Shown: piece by piece, positions 49,170 through 58,146 of the stretch
Layout: every line of letters starts with the position of its first letter
How positions within the stretch are numbered: the first letter of the stretch is position 1
Virus record (IMG/VR): IMGVR_UViG_3300032324_000909
Location: 64,001 to 128,000 of that record
From: a virus
Taxonomy: Duplodnaviria > Caudoviricetes
Direction: 5' to 3' (one strand)
DNA length: 64,000 bases
Program-made: the position numbers and the translations under genes
The notes under the pieces: model-generated
Databases searched by the model: none
The model's input: the letters and a program-made list of their open reading frames with translations, nothing else
What the model was told of the DNA's origin: nothing

Positions 49170-49778
49170 ATGTCACACTATTGCCTAAACGCTTCTACTC
49201 CTCAACACCTGTACGGATATGTCGCCGCAGACATACTGCATGGGCTGGATGGACGCAAAGGCCTAGAGCCATGCGTGATAATCGGGGTCACTAGCATTCC
49301 ATCTAGAGCATTGCACTTCTCCATACTATGCGAATCAGGCGCACAATGGGCGAGGATACCATTGCACAAGTTATACCACGAAGAGCCAGAGAACGGCGTA
49401 GAACCCCACCCAATCACACACCTGCAAATGTGGGATTGCCATGGCTGGGATTTCGCAGTGTGCAGATACGAGTATTTGCGCGAGATGTCATGCCATTACC
49501 TTGACCGAGATGGCAACAGGGTTCCGGCCAGCTATTGGTTCACCTTGGATCATACCGATAATGGATTCAGTCAGTATCCATCAGAGCATAAATGCTATCA
49601 TCTCCTGCTACTGGCAGATGGGTCAGGCCAGATAGCCGCACAGCCTAACAACCGAATCGTCTGGCACGACGACTCTTTTGTGAAAGATGGATCAATTCCC
49701 AAGTATAAGGTTATGCCGCCGGTAACTTGGCATTCAGAAATTGGACGCAACGCACAGGACACCGCGTTTACTCAATAA
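49170..49778 (+). CDS. conserved-type phage hypothetical protein, GC-rich
   Basis: LQMWDC, SEHKC, AQPNNR motifs. Confidence 0.7.
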   Translation: MSHYCLNASTPQHLYGYVAADILHGLDGRKGLEPCVIIGVTSIPSRALHFSILCESGAQWARIPLHKLYHEEPENGVEPHPITHLQMWDCHGWDFAVCRYEYLREMSCHYLDRDGNRVPASYWFTLDHTDNGFSQYPSEHKCYHLLLLADGSGQIAAQPNNRIVWHDDSFVKDGSIPKYKVMPPVTWHSEIGRNAQDTAFTQ

Positions 49779-49782
49779 TAAA

Positions 49783-49980
49783 ATGAAAAGAATTCGGGCT
49801 ACTATTAGTGACGGTATTGATGAAGACTGTAACCTGCTATTTGATAATGTTGATATATTGAATGCACAAAGGGCCTATATAAATGGTAATAGCATAAATA
49901 TAATTCCAAGAAATGGCGGAGACGAAATAACGATTGAATTTAATAAAGAAATTTTATATTTAGATGGTTTAGAAATATGA
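49783..49980 (+). CDS. hypothetical protein
   Basis: ATG 49783, coupled to next ORF. Confidence 0.5.
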   Translation: MKRIRATISDGIDEDCNLLFDNVDILNAQRAYINGNSINIIPRNGGDEITIEFNKEILYLDGLEI

Positions 49981-50174
49981 CAACTAAAAAATACCTCTAT
50001 AATAAAGATAGATCAGAGAATGCAATTAATTTTCTTAGTGAAGTTATACAACTTTCTAAAAAATACAATTTATCACTTACCCATGAAGATTTCCATGGTG
50101 GTTTTGAAATTAGATCATATGATGAAGCTTTTTCAGACTGGTTAAAACAAGCTGCTGAAGTAAATTATGAATAA
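49977..50174 (+). CDS. hypothetical protein (HEDxHGGF motif)
   Basis: Coupled ORF. Confidence 0.6.
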   Translation: MTTKKYLYNKDRSENAINFLSEVIQLSKKYNLSLTHEDFHGGFEIRSYDEAFSDWLKQAAEVNYE

Positions 50175-50451
50175 AATTAGATTTAATGATAAACTATATG
50201 TAGATACCCCTCGACCCCTAACAAAAAAAACAAGGAAATTTTTCAGGAACGCGATATCGGCTAAAAAACATTTTTGTTATAATTTTTTCAAGAATAAGTT
50301 TAGTATTGGTCTTTGGGATATTCCGGATACAAAATATCAAAAGTATCCGAAGCTTACCTTCGCAAACTTTAAATCATATATAAAAATAGGATTTCTTTGG
50401 AAAAAGTATTTACTTGAAATTGTTTGGAACAAGTGGAACTATACTTTTTAG
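50167..50451 (+). CDS. hypothetical basic protein
   Basis: Overlapping coupled ORF. Confidence 0.5.
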   Translation: MNKIRFNDKLYVDTPRPLTKKTRKFFRNAISAKKHFCYNFFKNKFSIGLWDIPDTKYQKYPKLTFANFKSYIKIGFLWKKYLLEIVWNKWNYTF

Positions 50452-50504
50452 AGAGATGGATTTATTTTATTGACATTTTAGTACAATAAATATATCATCA
50501 TAAA

Positions 50505-51131
50505 ATGAAGAACATTTTCCTTATTGCAGATCTCCACTTTGGGGACGAGGATATGTGTAGTTTAATAAAAGAAGATGGGCACCCCTTACGCCCATTTAAG
50601 AGTATAGAAGAGCATGATACTACATTGATTGAGAACTGGAACAAAGTTGTCAATGATGGTGACAAAGTCTATGTTCTTGGTGATGTTGCACAAAATAAAA
50701 AAGATCTAGAGAAGTTCACTGAGCTGCATGGTAAGAAGATTCTCATTAAGGGAAACCATGATATCTATCAGATGAAAGAGTATGCGAAGTATTTCAAAGA
50801 CATTCGTGGCACTCATCGTTTAGAAAACGGTATTCTCATGAGTCATATCCCAATTCATCCTAGCTCCTTTGGTAAGGCTCATAAGGTGAATGTGCATGGT
50901 CACATCCATGATAAAGTTGTAAAGATAAATGAACCTGATGTAATTTTAGACAGATCTGTTACATACAATATTAAACCAGATCCAAGATACTTCTGTGTTT
51001 CTTGTGAACATATAAACTATACCCCAATGGAGCTTGGTGCTATTGAGATAGAAGTTTTTGGATTTGATTCTCGTGCAAAAGCTTTGGATGAACTTGCGGC
51101 ACAAGCCCAAGAGCTTAATATGGGATATTAA
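50505..51131 (+). CDS. calcineurin-like metallophosphoesterase
   Basis: ADLHFG, NWN, LGD, GNHD, SHIP, HGHIH. Confidence 0.85.
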   Translation: MKNIFLIADLHFGDEDMCSLIKEDGHPLRPFKSIEEHDTTLIENWNKVVNDGDKVYVLGDVAQNKKDLEKFTELHGKKILIKGNHDIYQMKEYAKYFKDIRGTHRLENGILMSHIPIHPSSFGKAHKVNVHGHIHDKVVKINEPDVILDRSVTYNIKPDPRYFCVSCEHINYTPMELGAIEIEVFGFDSRAKALDELAAQAQELNMGY

Positions 51132-51132
51132 T

Positions 51133-51492
51133 ATGAACAATCATAATAAAATTATTGAATTAAATAAGATTTGGTATAACACTATTTGTGGCGATTACCA
51201 TAAGGATCGTGATTGTCATTTTTATATTATTACAGATTATCAGTATGGTGAAAAAGTTGTTTATACAGTCCAACATGCTGGTTACATCAACCATGATTAC
51301 GAAGATACAGATTGGGGGACTATAGAAGAAGCTGAAGTAGAACTTATTAAAGTTATATCTAAATCTATCATCAATGAAATTGATTGGTATTTGGAACATT
51401 ATGGAGATCCAGATTGGGATCAGCATCCGAGATACGACAAGGATGACTTGGAAGAGATTATAACTAGGGTAATGCTTATAACAAGTAAATGA
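51133..51492 (+). CDS. hypothetical protein (HKDRDCH motif)
   Basis: ATG 51133 at TAATATG junction. Confidence 0.6.
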   Translation: MNNHNKIIELNKIWYNTICGDYHKDRDCHFYIITDYQYGEKVVYTVQHAGYINHDYEDTDWGTIEEAEVELIKVISKSIINEIDWYLEHYGDPDWDQHPRYDKDDLEEIITRVMLITSK

Positions 51493-51656
51493 ATAGTGTA
51501 AAGATAGCATCAGTTTGGGTAGAAGATATTCAGCAATGGATTCCCTTGTCGCAGATTACCGTTATACAAAGATATACCCATGAAGGCAAAAACTGCATCC
51601 AGTTTAAGCACGAAGATAAAATACTTGAGAGTTATGTAGAGTATAAAGAGGTGTAA
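51489..51656 (+). CDS. 55-aa hypothetical protein (not in ORF track)
   Basis: MNSVKIASVWVEDIQQWIPLSQ...; ATGA-coupled. Confidence 0.5.
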   Translation: MNSVKIASVWVEDIQQWIPLSQITVIQRYTHEGKNCIQFKHEDKILESYVEYKEV

Positions 51657-51664
51657 ATAATAAT

Positions 51665-52486
51665 ATGAATAAATATACACTGCCCGAATCTGTTAACCTT
51701 GAAGAGATGAAGGCCTCTTTCAAGCAACATGGTTATGCTGTAGCAAGAGGCCTCTTTTCTGAAGCTGAAGTAGAAGAAATTAAAAATACCTTTGATCGAA
51801 TTGCAAAGAATGGTACTATTGAAGATTATTTTTATCCTGTCTCTAAAGATGAATCAAACGGAGATCCTTTAAAAGAATTTCCGAGAGTGATGCAGCCACA
51901 TCGTTTTGACTCAGTATCACGCAAAAATCTTGTCCATCCAGCTGTTCTTTTTTGCTTGAAAGAGCTTGTGCAAGAAGATGTACTTGCTGCTCAAAGTATG
52001 TTTTACTACAAGCCACCGGGCTCTAGAGGACAAGCAATGCATCAAGATAATTTTTATCTTTTAGTTGAACCACAAACATGTGTTGCGGCGTGGACTGCTA
52101 TCGATGATGCAGATCCAGAAAATGGTGGAATGTATCTAGTAGCAGATACGGCAGAAGAGGAAATTATATGCCCTAAAGAAGCCAATGCAACCGAGTCATT
52201 CACAACACATCTTGTACCAACCCCAAAAGGGAAAAAGGCTGTTCCTTGTATTATGAAATCAGGTGATACATTATTCTTTAATGGTAGTTCAATTCATGGC
52301 TCAGGACCAAATAGATCCAAAGATAGATTTCGTAGATCCTTTATCTGCCATTATGTTCCAAAATCCACCCAGCGCATTAGCAAGCATTATCTACCCCTGA
52401 TAACACCTGAAGGGGAAGATATTGTGATCGATGCTAATAATAGTGGTGGGCCCTGTGGTAGTACATGGGAGGGTGGACAGCATTAA
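51665..52486 (+). CDS. PhyH-family 2OG-Fe(II) dioxygenase
   Basis: QSMFYYKPPG, HQD, WTAIDDA..ENG, HGS.PNRS..FRR. Confidence 0.88.
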   Translation: MNKYTLPESVNLEEMKASFKQHGYAVARGLFSEAEVEEIKNTFDRIAKNGTIEDYFYPVSKDESNGDPLKEFPRVMQPHRFDSVSRKNLVHPAVLFCLKELVQEDVLAAQSMFYYKPPGSRGQAMHQDNFYLLVEPQTCVAAWTAIDDADPENGGMYLVADTAEEEIICPKEANATESFTTHLVPTPKGKKAVPCIMKSGDTLFFNGSSIHGSGPNRSKDRFRRSFICHYVPKSTQRISKHYLPLITPEGEDIVIDANNSGGPCGSTWEGGQH

Positions 52487-52690
52487 ATGCAACATAATGA
52501 TATTCATGTTATTGGTCATGTAACAGTGGGTCTATTAGCATTTGGAATGCTGATGTTCTTTTGGATGATATCAAAAGGAGTTAAGAAGGTAAAGAAGAAA
52601 GGCGAAAAAGGAACCAAAAGACTTAGAAAGTTTAATCTTTGGCTAAAGAAATTTGAAGAGTTCAAGAGGAGTTGGCACTATGAGATATAA
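52487..52690 (+). CDS. small single-TM protein
   Basis: Hydrophobic helix followed by basic tail. Confidence 0.5.
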   Translation: MQHNDIHVIGHVTVGLLAFGMLMFFWMISKGVKKVKKKGEKGTKRLRKFNLWLKKFEEFKRSWHYEI

Positions 52691-52952
52691 AAATATAATT
52701 ATATTATGTATATTACTGGCGACAAACACGTATGCATACGAAAAGCCAGAATTTAAATTAATTGACTATATTGGCGCTTACCATGATAGTAGAGACGTTA
52801 TATAGGATATTAATAGGTTACAATCCAAGTACCATCTTAAAGTATCCAAGAAAAAAGACTGCCAATTAGGTGGTATTATCAGTAGGGATTTTAAGTTTCA
52901 TGGGGGTAATCAACCCATTGTTGCCCAAACTGCACTAATGTTTGCATTTTAA
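52680..52952 (+). pseudogene. exported protein interrupted by one in-frame TAG
   Basis: Signal peptide MRYKNIIILCILLATNTYA, TAG at 52803-52805, same frame continues 48 codons to ...ALMFAF*. Confidence 0.55.
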
Positions 52953-52989
52953 TATTGACATAGCTATCATATATCAGTAACATATTTAT

Positions 52990-53811
52990 ATGTACAACTG
53001 GTTTAACTACTCACGGATTAAGAGGCAACTTGAGAACCAATTAGAGGAAAACGCAAGGCTAAGGGGGGAAAATAAGACCCTAGAAGATATTCTCAAGGCC
53101 ATCCAAGAAGATGGAACTACAGAACACAATAATGCAATAAATCTTAGAGAGTCAGTAGCACATTTAAGAGAAGAGGCAGAGAAGTTTTATAATGAAAATG
53201 TACAGCTTACCAAGGAAGTTAGAGATCTCAGGCATCTAAAGACTGAGAACGTTGAGTTGATTGAGAGGCTTCGGAAGGAAGGAAATAGTTATGGCATAAC
53301 CTTTAATGAGGCTAAGACCCAAATTATTCAGAATGATTATAAGAAGTGCGCCCAACAGAGGGATGAGTATAAGCATCAACTCAATGCTGCTAATAAAGAG
53401 ATTGAAGCATTAAAATTAATGCATGGGGAAAGAGAAAAGAAATTAAAAACATATAATAAGAGTTTACAATCTCAGATCACAAGTCTTAAAGAAGACAATG
53501 AATCTCAAAAGCATCCTATGTATCCGCTTCATTGGGGTGGATATGATAAAAACATTATTGATCTTGTCGAGTCCGAATTGAATAACCAAGACCACGTAGA
53601 AGGCGAGTGGATGTCCACATGGTGTTATAAATGTCAACATATAAAAGAACAATGCAAGTGTGATAAATATTTAAATATACAAGATTTGCCGAAGACATTT
53701 CCTAACGAGTTTCAAGAGCCAACGTGGGAAGAGGCGGCAAGCGATTTAGCTTTAAAATTAGTAAAGCTAGAAAAGAAAATACAAGACTTGACACGTCTTC
53801 CAAAAAAGTAA
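52990..53811 (+). CDS. coiled-coil hypothetical protein
   Basis: Heptad repeats; CxxC..CxC; promoter 35 nt upstream. Confidence 0.65.
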   Translation: MYNWFNYSRIKRQLENQLEENARLRGENKTLEDILKAIQEDGTTEHNNAINLRESVAHLREEAEKFYNENVQLTKEVRDLRHLKTENVELIERLRKEGNSYGITFNEAKTQIIQNDYKKCAQQRDEYKHQLNAANKEIEALKLMHGEREKKLKTYNKSLQSQITSLKEDNESQKHPMYPLHWGGYDKNIIDLVESELNNQDHVEGEWMSTWCYKCQHIKEQCKCDKYLNIQDLPKTFPNEFQEPTWEEAASDLALKLVKLEKKIQDLTRLPKK

Positions 53812-53824
53812 TATTATACATAAT

Positions 53825-54073
53825 ATGCCAACAGGAACATTAACTTTTAATTTGCCAGAAGAGCAATCAGACTTCAAGCTTGCATCCAATGCCACTAGCT
53901 GGTATTTGGTTGCTTGGGACATAGATCAATACCTAAGAGACAAGATCAAGTATCCAGAAGACACTGGAGACAATAAAGGAAAGTCCGATGAGTATTATGA
54001 AGCACTCGAAGAAGCTAGAAAAGAGTTTTGGGAGATCATGACACAAAGAGGTCTGGACTTTGATAATTGGTAA
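53825..54073 (+). CDS. phage hypothetical protein (L.FNLPEE type)
   Basis: TTGACA at 53788. Confidence 0.65.
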   Translation: MPTGTLTFNLPEEQSDFKLASNATSWYLVAWDIDQYLRDKIKYPEDTGDNKGKSDEYYEALEEARKEFWEIMTQRGLDFDNW

Positions 54074-54079
54074 TAATAT

Positions 54080-54286
54080 ATGAAACCTGAATGGGAATTT
54101 AGAAATGATAGTGAGGGTAATCTTGATGAGATTACCGCAGAAGATGTTCAGTTCTTTCATCTAGAAAGAATGGATAATGGTCATTGGTGGCTAGGCGTAA
54201 CTCTTCAGGATGGTTCTAGGATTACAGCCAATCTCATCTCTGATTTTAATAAAAGAATTAATTGTGTAGCATATAAAGAGGATTGA
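54080..54286 (+). CDS. hypothetical protein (HLERMD..WW motif)
   Basis: Intact ORF. Confidence 0.6.
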   Translation: MKPEWEFRNDSEGNLDEITAEDVQFFHLERMDNGHWWLGVTLQDGSRITANLISDFNKRINCVAYKED

Positions 54287-54317
54287 CACATCTTCCTAAA
54301 GAATATAGAATAAGATT
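54283..54317 (+). promoter_or_regulatory. sigma70 promoter, near-copy of 45406..45440
   Basis: TTGACA-17-TAGAAT-AAGATT-ATG. Confidence 0.8.
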
Positions 54318-54668
54318 ATGACAAAAGAACTCTTTGAAGAAATTATCTTAAAGCTTCAGCTAATGCATGAAAAGGGTCGAAAGACTTATGATCTTGGTAT
54401 TGACCTGATGGAGTATACTGAACCATATGAAAGGGTTATTGATGTCCTTTTGAAGTCTCATTTTAATAACGAACAAATTGGATGGATTGATTGGTATCTT
54501 TATGAAAGACCATCTCTATTAAAGAATGGAAAGCCTAACAAAGCTTATAAGGCAGTTGGTAAGAAGAAGGTAGAAATCTGTCACACTATTGATTCTCTTT
54601 GGGAGACCATTCAGGAATATACACCTCAAGCTGAATGGGACAAAAGATGGCCGGGGAGGGAAAAATAG
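54318..54668 (+). CDS. hypothetical protein
   Basis: Own promoter; WIDWYLYE motif. Confidence 0.65.
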   Translation: MTKELFEEIILKLQLMHEKGRKTYDLGIDLMEYTEPYERVIDVLLKSHFNNEQIGWIDWYLYERPSLLKNGKPNKAYKAVGKKKVEICHTIDSLWETIQEYTPQAEWDKRWPGREK

Positions 54669-54671
54669 AAT

Positions 54672-55049
54672 ATGAAAAAAATTATCTTTGCTTTAATTTT
54701 GTTAACAGGTTGTGAAAGCACACCTAAAAATCCTAATGCATGGATGGAATTTGAACAGAATGCTTGTCTTCCAACAGCGATTTCATTTAGAGAGGGATTA
54801 AGAAAATATAATGTATGGTCAGAAGTTATCACTATGAGTTATATAGACTATAATAGAAAACAAAAACTTTCCGGTCATGCGATAGTTGCTTATCTATACC
54901 CGCCTTCAAAAAATCAGCTTTGGACTTATGACTCAAAAGGTAGTTACAGGACTAGGGCGTATATTACCGATCCTGTTAGTATATCTCAACAGGCTATGGA
55001 TAATAGGGGTGAAAGCGTAAAAATAATTAAAGCACAATTTGAAAAATAA
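54672..55049 (+). CDS. lipoprotein with putative papain/transglutaminase-like Cys-His-Asp motif
   Basis: Lipobox LTGC; NACLP, GHA, YDS. Confidence 0.55.
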   Translation: MKKIIFALILLTGCESTPKNPNAWMEFEQNACLPTAISFREGLRKYNVWSEVITMSYIDYNRKQKLSGHAIVAYLYPPSKNQLWTYDSKGSYRTRAYITDPVSISQQAMDNRGESVKIIKAQFEK

Positions 55050-55114
55050 GTACTTATTATGGTGAATTAACAGTTGACAAAGCGGTTGAAATCATTTACA
55101 ATTCCTTAACAATT

Positions 55115-55510
55115 ATGATAAAGAAAGCATTACAACCAACTAATGATGCCTATATCCAGTTTACCGAAGAAGAACTTCAGGAAATTGGGGCGAGCGCAGG
55201 AACTAAATTTAGTGTTAAGTTTCACGACAATGGCTCAATTGAGCTTCGTCCTTATAAGAAAATAGAAATTGATATTGAAGATTGGCCTAGAGAAATTCTT
55301 GAAATGCTAATAACCGATTCATGTGAACAAGATATTTCTGTTAATGATATTATTGGGAATCTTCTTAGAGAATCGTTGGACAAATATCCAACAGATGAAT
55401 ATCTAGAGCAAGCTAAGAAAGATTTAGTTTTGGAAATGGACTATTTGTATAAAGCAAACATAGATCCAGATTCTACCAATACCGATACGAGCGTTACCAG
55501 TGAACGATAA
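55115..55510 (+). CDS. AbrB/MazE-like DNA-binding protein
   Basis: YIQF.EE.L..IG...G.KF......GSIELRP. Confidence 0.5.
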   Translation: MIKKALQPTNDAYIQFTEEELQEIGASAGTKFSVKFHDNGSIELRPYKKIEIDIEDWPREILEMLITDSCEQDISVNDIIGNLLRESLDKYPTDEYLEQAKKDLVLEMDYLYKANIDPDSTNTDTSVTSER

Positions 55511-56090
55511 ACTTAGAAACGAAACAGTTCTAGTTTTAAATAGGAACTGGCAAGCAATTCATGTTAAGAATGCTATAGAAGCAATTTCTATGATGTATAC
55601 TAACAATGCCACTGGTCTTGATATTCGCGGCGAAGATAACATGGTTCCATTAAAATGGGAGGATTGGATTAAGTTAAATGTTTCAGAAGAAACGGATAAT
55701 TATATACAAACAATTAAAGGTAAAATTAAAATACCGAAAGTAATTGTTTTATGTCACTATAATCTAGTGCCTAGAAAGCGGCCCAAATTTTCTGCAAAAG
55801 CTATATGGGAAAGGGACAACGGTATGTGCCAGTACACGGGAAAAAAACTTTTTCCAATAGACGCTAATATAGATCATGTAATTCCTCGCTCGCGAGGAGG
55901 AAAAACCAACTGGTCAAATTGTGTTCTTACGCATAAAGATATTAATTCAAAAAAAGCGGACAGAACTCCAGAAGAGGCTGGTTTAAAATTAATTAAAAAG
56001 CCACAAGATCCCAAAGAGTTACCGTCTACTTTTTATATTAAAAATAAACATAATGTAAAAGAGTGGGAAATGTTCTTAAATTGGAATTGA
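55500..56090 (+). CDS. HNH endonuclease
   Basis: VLVLN, RD..CQYTG, IDHVIPRSRGG..W.N.V.....N..K. Confidence 0.88.
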   Translation: MNDKLRNETVLVLNRNWQAIHVKNAIEAISMMYTNNATGLDIRGEDNMVPLKWEDWIKLNVSEETDNYIQTIKGKIKIPKVIVLCHYNLVPRKRPKFSAKAIWERDNGMCQYTGKKLFPIDANIDHVIPRSRGGKTNWSNCVLTHKDINSKKADRTPEEAGLKLIKKPQDPKELPSTFYIKNKHNVKEWEMFLNWN

Positions 56091-56121
56091 CATATAGTGC
56101 ATATAGTATTATTATATATTA

Positions 56122-56856
56122 ATGGACGTAAAAATTATCAGAACCCTAGATAAGAGGCTCGCCGGGCCCACCTTCCTTAAATATATAGAAGTTTCCTCGG
56201 TTGATGAGTACTTTGCACTACCAAAGTCAGCTCGCGAACTTTACGGGCTTTATAGAAAGCCTTTTGCGCTACCTATCGACCGTGCCTCGTTGTTCGGTGA
56301 AAACACGTCGAAGGAGAAAGGGTGGAACGCATGGCGTAAAGAGATTAAACGCCTTTATCCTGTACAGTGGTTCGTTCGTGAATGGTGCTTTAGTTGGGAG
56401 AATCCAGTTTACTCGTTTTTTAAAGGACTATATTTTGATTATATGGAAAAGAAGTATGCTGTAAAGCGTTTTATCAAACCTTTTTATCCGCGCTTTCGAA
56501 AGTCAATGCCTAGACATCAATATACAGATGTTAGCGAGGCACTACGCAAGGTTAACTTTGCACTACTACTTGATTTTTGGTACGATGAAATGGTTGATGG
56601 GATTGTAGATTGGAATGACAATAATGCACATAAAGATTTCTTTAAAAAAGTTAAAGCCGCTGTTAAGTATATTGAAGTCGAGCGTCCGGCGCTAGAAAAC
56701 AAGGCCGATGCCGCGCTTACGGCTGCAACAGATAAAAAGAAAGGTACTTATGAGCAGCGTTACGCAAAGCATAACGCAATTGAGGCAAAGATCGTACAAA
56801 AAGACACCGAGCTTCTAGTGTGGATGATGCAACAGCGCGAGATGTTCTGGACTTAA
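56122..56856 (+). CDS. hypothetical protein
   Basis: Promoter 35 nt upstream; ends with R..FWT. Confidence 0.65.
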   Translation: MDVKIIRTLDKRLAGPTFLKYIEVSSVDEYFALPKSARELYGLYRKPFALPIDRASLFGENTSKEKGWNAWRKEIKRLYPVQWFVREWCFSWENPVYSFFKGLYFDYMEKKYAVKRFIKPFYPRFRKSMPRHQYTDVSEALRKVNFALLLDFWYDEMVDGIVDWNDNNAHKDFFKKVKAAVKYIEVERPALENKADAALTAATDKKKGTYEQRYAKHNAIEAKIVQKDTELLVWMMQQREMFWT

Positions 56857-56860
56857 TATT

Positions 56861-57877
56861 ATGAGTAATGTTCTATTGATAGAAAGCTGCGAGAAAAAGA
56901 CTATAGAAGAAAATTTTTCCAATACTTCCATAGTACATGTAAGGAACTCACTAATTTTAAAGAAAGAACTTGGTTATGAATTAGTTACACACATGTCACA
57001 AATACCGAAGGCTTTGGAAAAGCAATGGGATCACATTGTTTGTTGCTACGCTTCTCCCTATATGAAATACAAGGCATATATGGATATTATCGACAATAAC
57101 CCTAATGCTAAATTGTGGTTTTTAGTAAACGATTATGACTTAGAAGATAACGTTCTATTAAGAAACGTGGTAAAGAAATACCATAAAAAGTACAATGTTA
57201 TTTGTAATACCGAAAGATCTGGATACCGTCATTGGATTTTGGGTAAAAAACTCGAAGAAAAAAAGCTAAACGATTGGATTGACGAATGGCATGTAGCAAA
57301 TTTAAATTCATTAATTTTCAATTACTCTAAACCACTAGATCAGGATGCAATAAAAAATAAAAAAGATTGTATATATTTTGGCACACCTAGAAAGCACAGG
57401 TATAAAGACATGATTGCTTTTAATGGGGTTGATAATTACTACATTTCTTCATCAATAAAAAATCAGTTAAAATATCAAAACGCGGGTATTGAGGCTAACT
57501 ACCTAGACAAGTTGGACTGGACTACTGGAAACGAAACACTTAAAAATTACAAATATTCAATCTATTTTGAAGATGTTCACACTCATGATGTGTATTCCGG
57601 ACTTGCGAATAGATTTTACGAATGCCTAATGTGTGATGTTATTTTGTTTTTTGATGCGAAATGTGTTAAAACAATAAACAAGGCAAGGGAACGTGGTTAT
57701 AAAATCAGCGATTTTCTTATTGTAAAAGACGCTAAAGAATTAAATGAAAGAATGCAAATATTAAATGATTCTAATAATCTATATGTAGAAGCACTTAATA
57801 ATCAAAGGATAAATATTGATATCGCACTTGTTGATAAGTGCGCGTGTTTAAATAAGATTAATTCTACCTTAAGCTAA
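56861..57877 (+). CDS. GT-B glycosyltransferase resembling T4 DNA beta-glucosyltransferase
   Basis: IYFGTPRKHR and ANRFYECL.CDV..FFD parallel the T4 BGT IYGGSFR and RVWE.....MLID motifs. Confidence 0.5.
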   Translation: MSNVLLIESCEKKTIEENFSNTSIVHVRNSLILKKELGYELVTHMSQIPKALEKQWDHIVCCYASPYMKYKAYMDIIDNNPNAKLWFLVNDYDLEDNVLLRNVVKKYHKKYNVICNTERSGYRHWILGKKLEEKKLNDWIDEWHVANLNSLIFNYSKPLDQDAIKNKKDCIYFGTPRKHRYKDMIAFNGVDNYYISSSIKNQLKYQNAGIEANYLDKLDWTTGNETLKNYKYSIYFEDVHTHDVYSGLANRFYECLMCDVILFFDAKCVKTINKARERGYKISDFLIVKDAKELNERMQILNDSNNLYVEALNNQRINIDIALVDKCACLNKINSTLS

Positions 57878-57881
57878 GTAA

Positions 57882-58145
57882 CTAACTATAGCAATAGGTA
57901 TACTTATTTGTTCCAGATAAAATACCGGAATAAACATTGTTACCCCACGATAATCCATTATTAATATTATTGGAACTATTTATTGTTACAGAAGCACATC
58001 CAGTAGATGTAATATTATACCAAAAATTTCCAGTTAAATTTGTAGTTAAGGGCGACCAAACAATATTGGATCCTAGATAGCCAATAGTAATAGCATTAGA
58101 ACCAACGTATAGCGCAGTTAAACTATTCTGGCCATAGTAAATCAT
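57882..58145 (-). CDS. small tail-fibre-associated protein
   Basis: LYVGSNAI..GYLGS..VW motif, downstream of fibre gene. Confidence 0.55.
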   Translation of the reverse strand: MIYYGQNSLTALYVGSNAITIGYLGSNIVWSPLTTNLTGNFWYNITSTGCASVTINSSNNINNGLSWGNNVYSGILSGTNKYTYCYS

Positions 58146-58146
58146 A

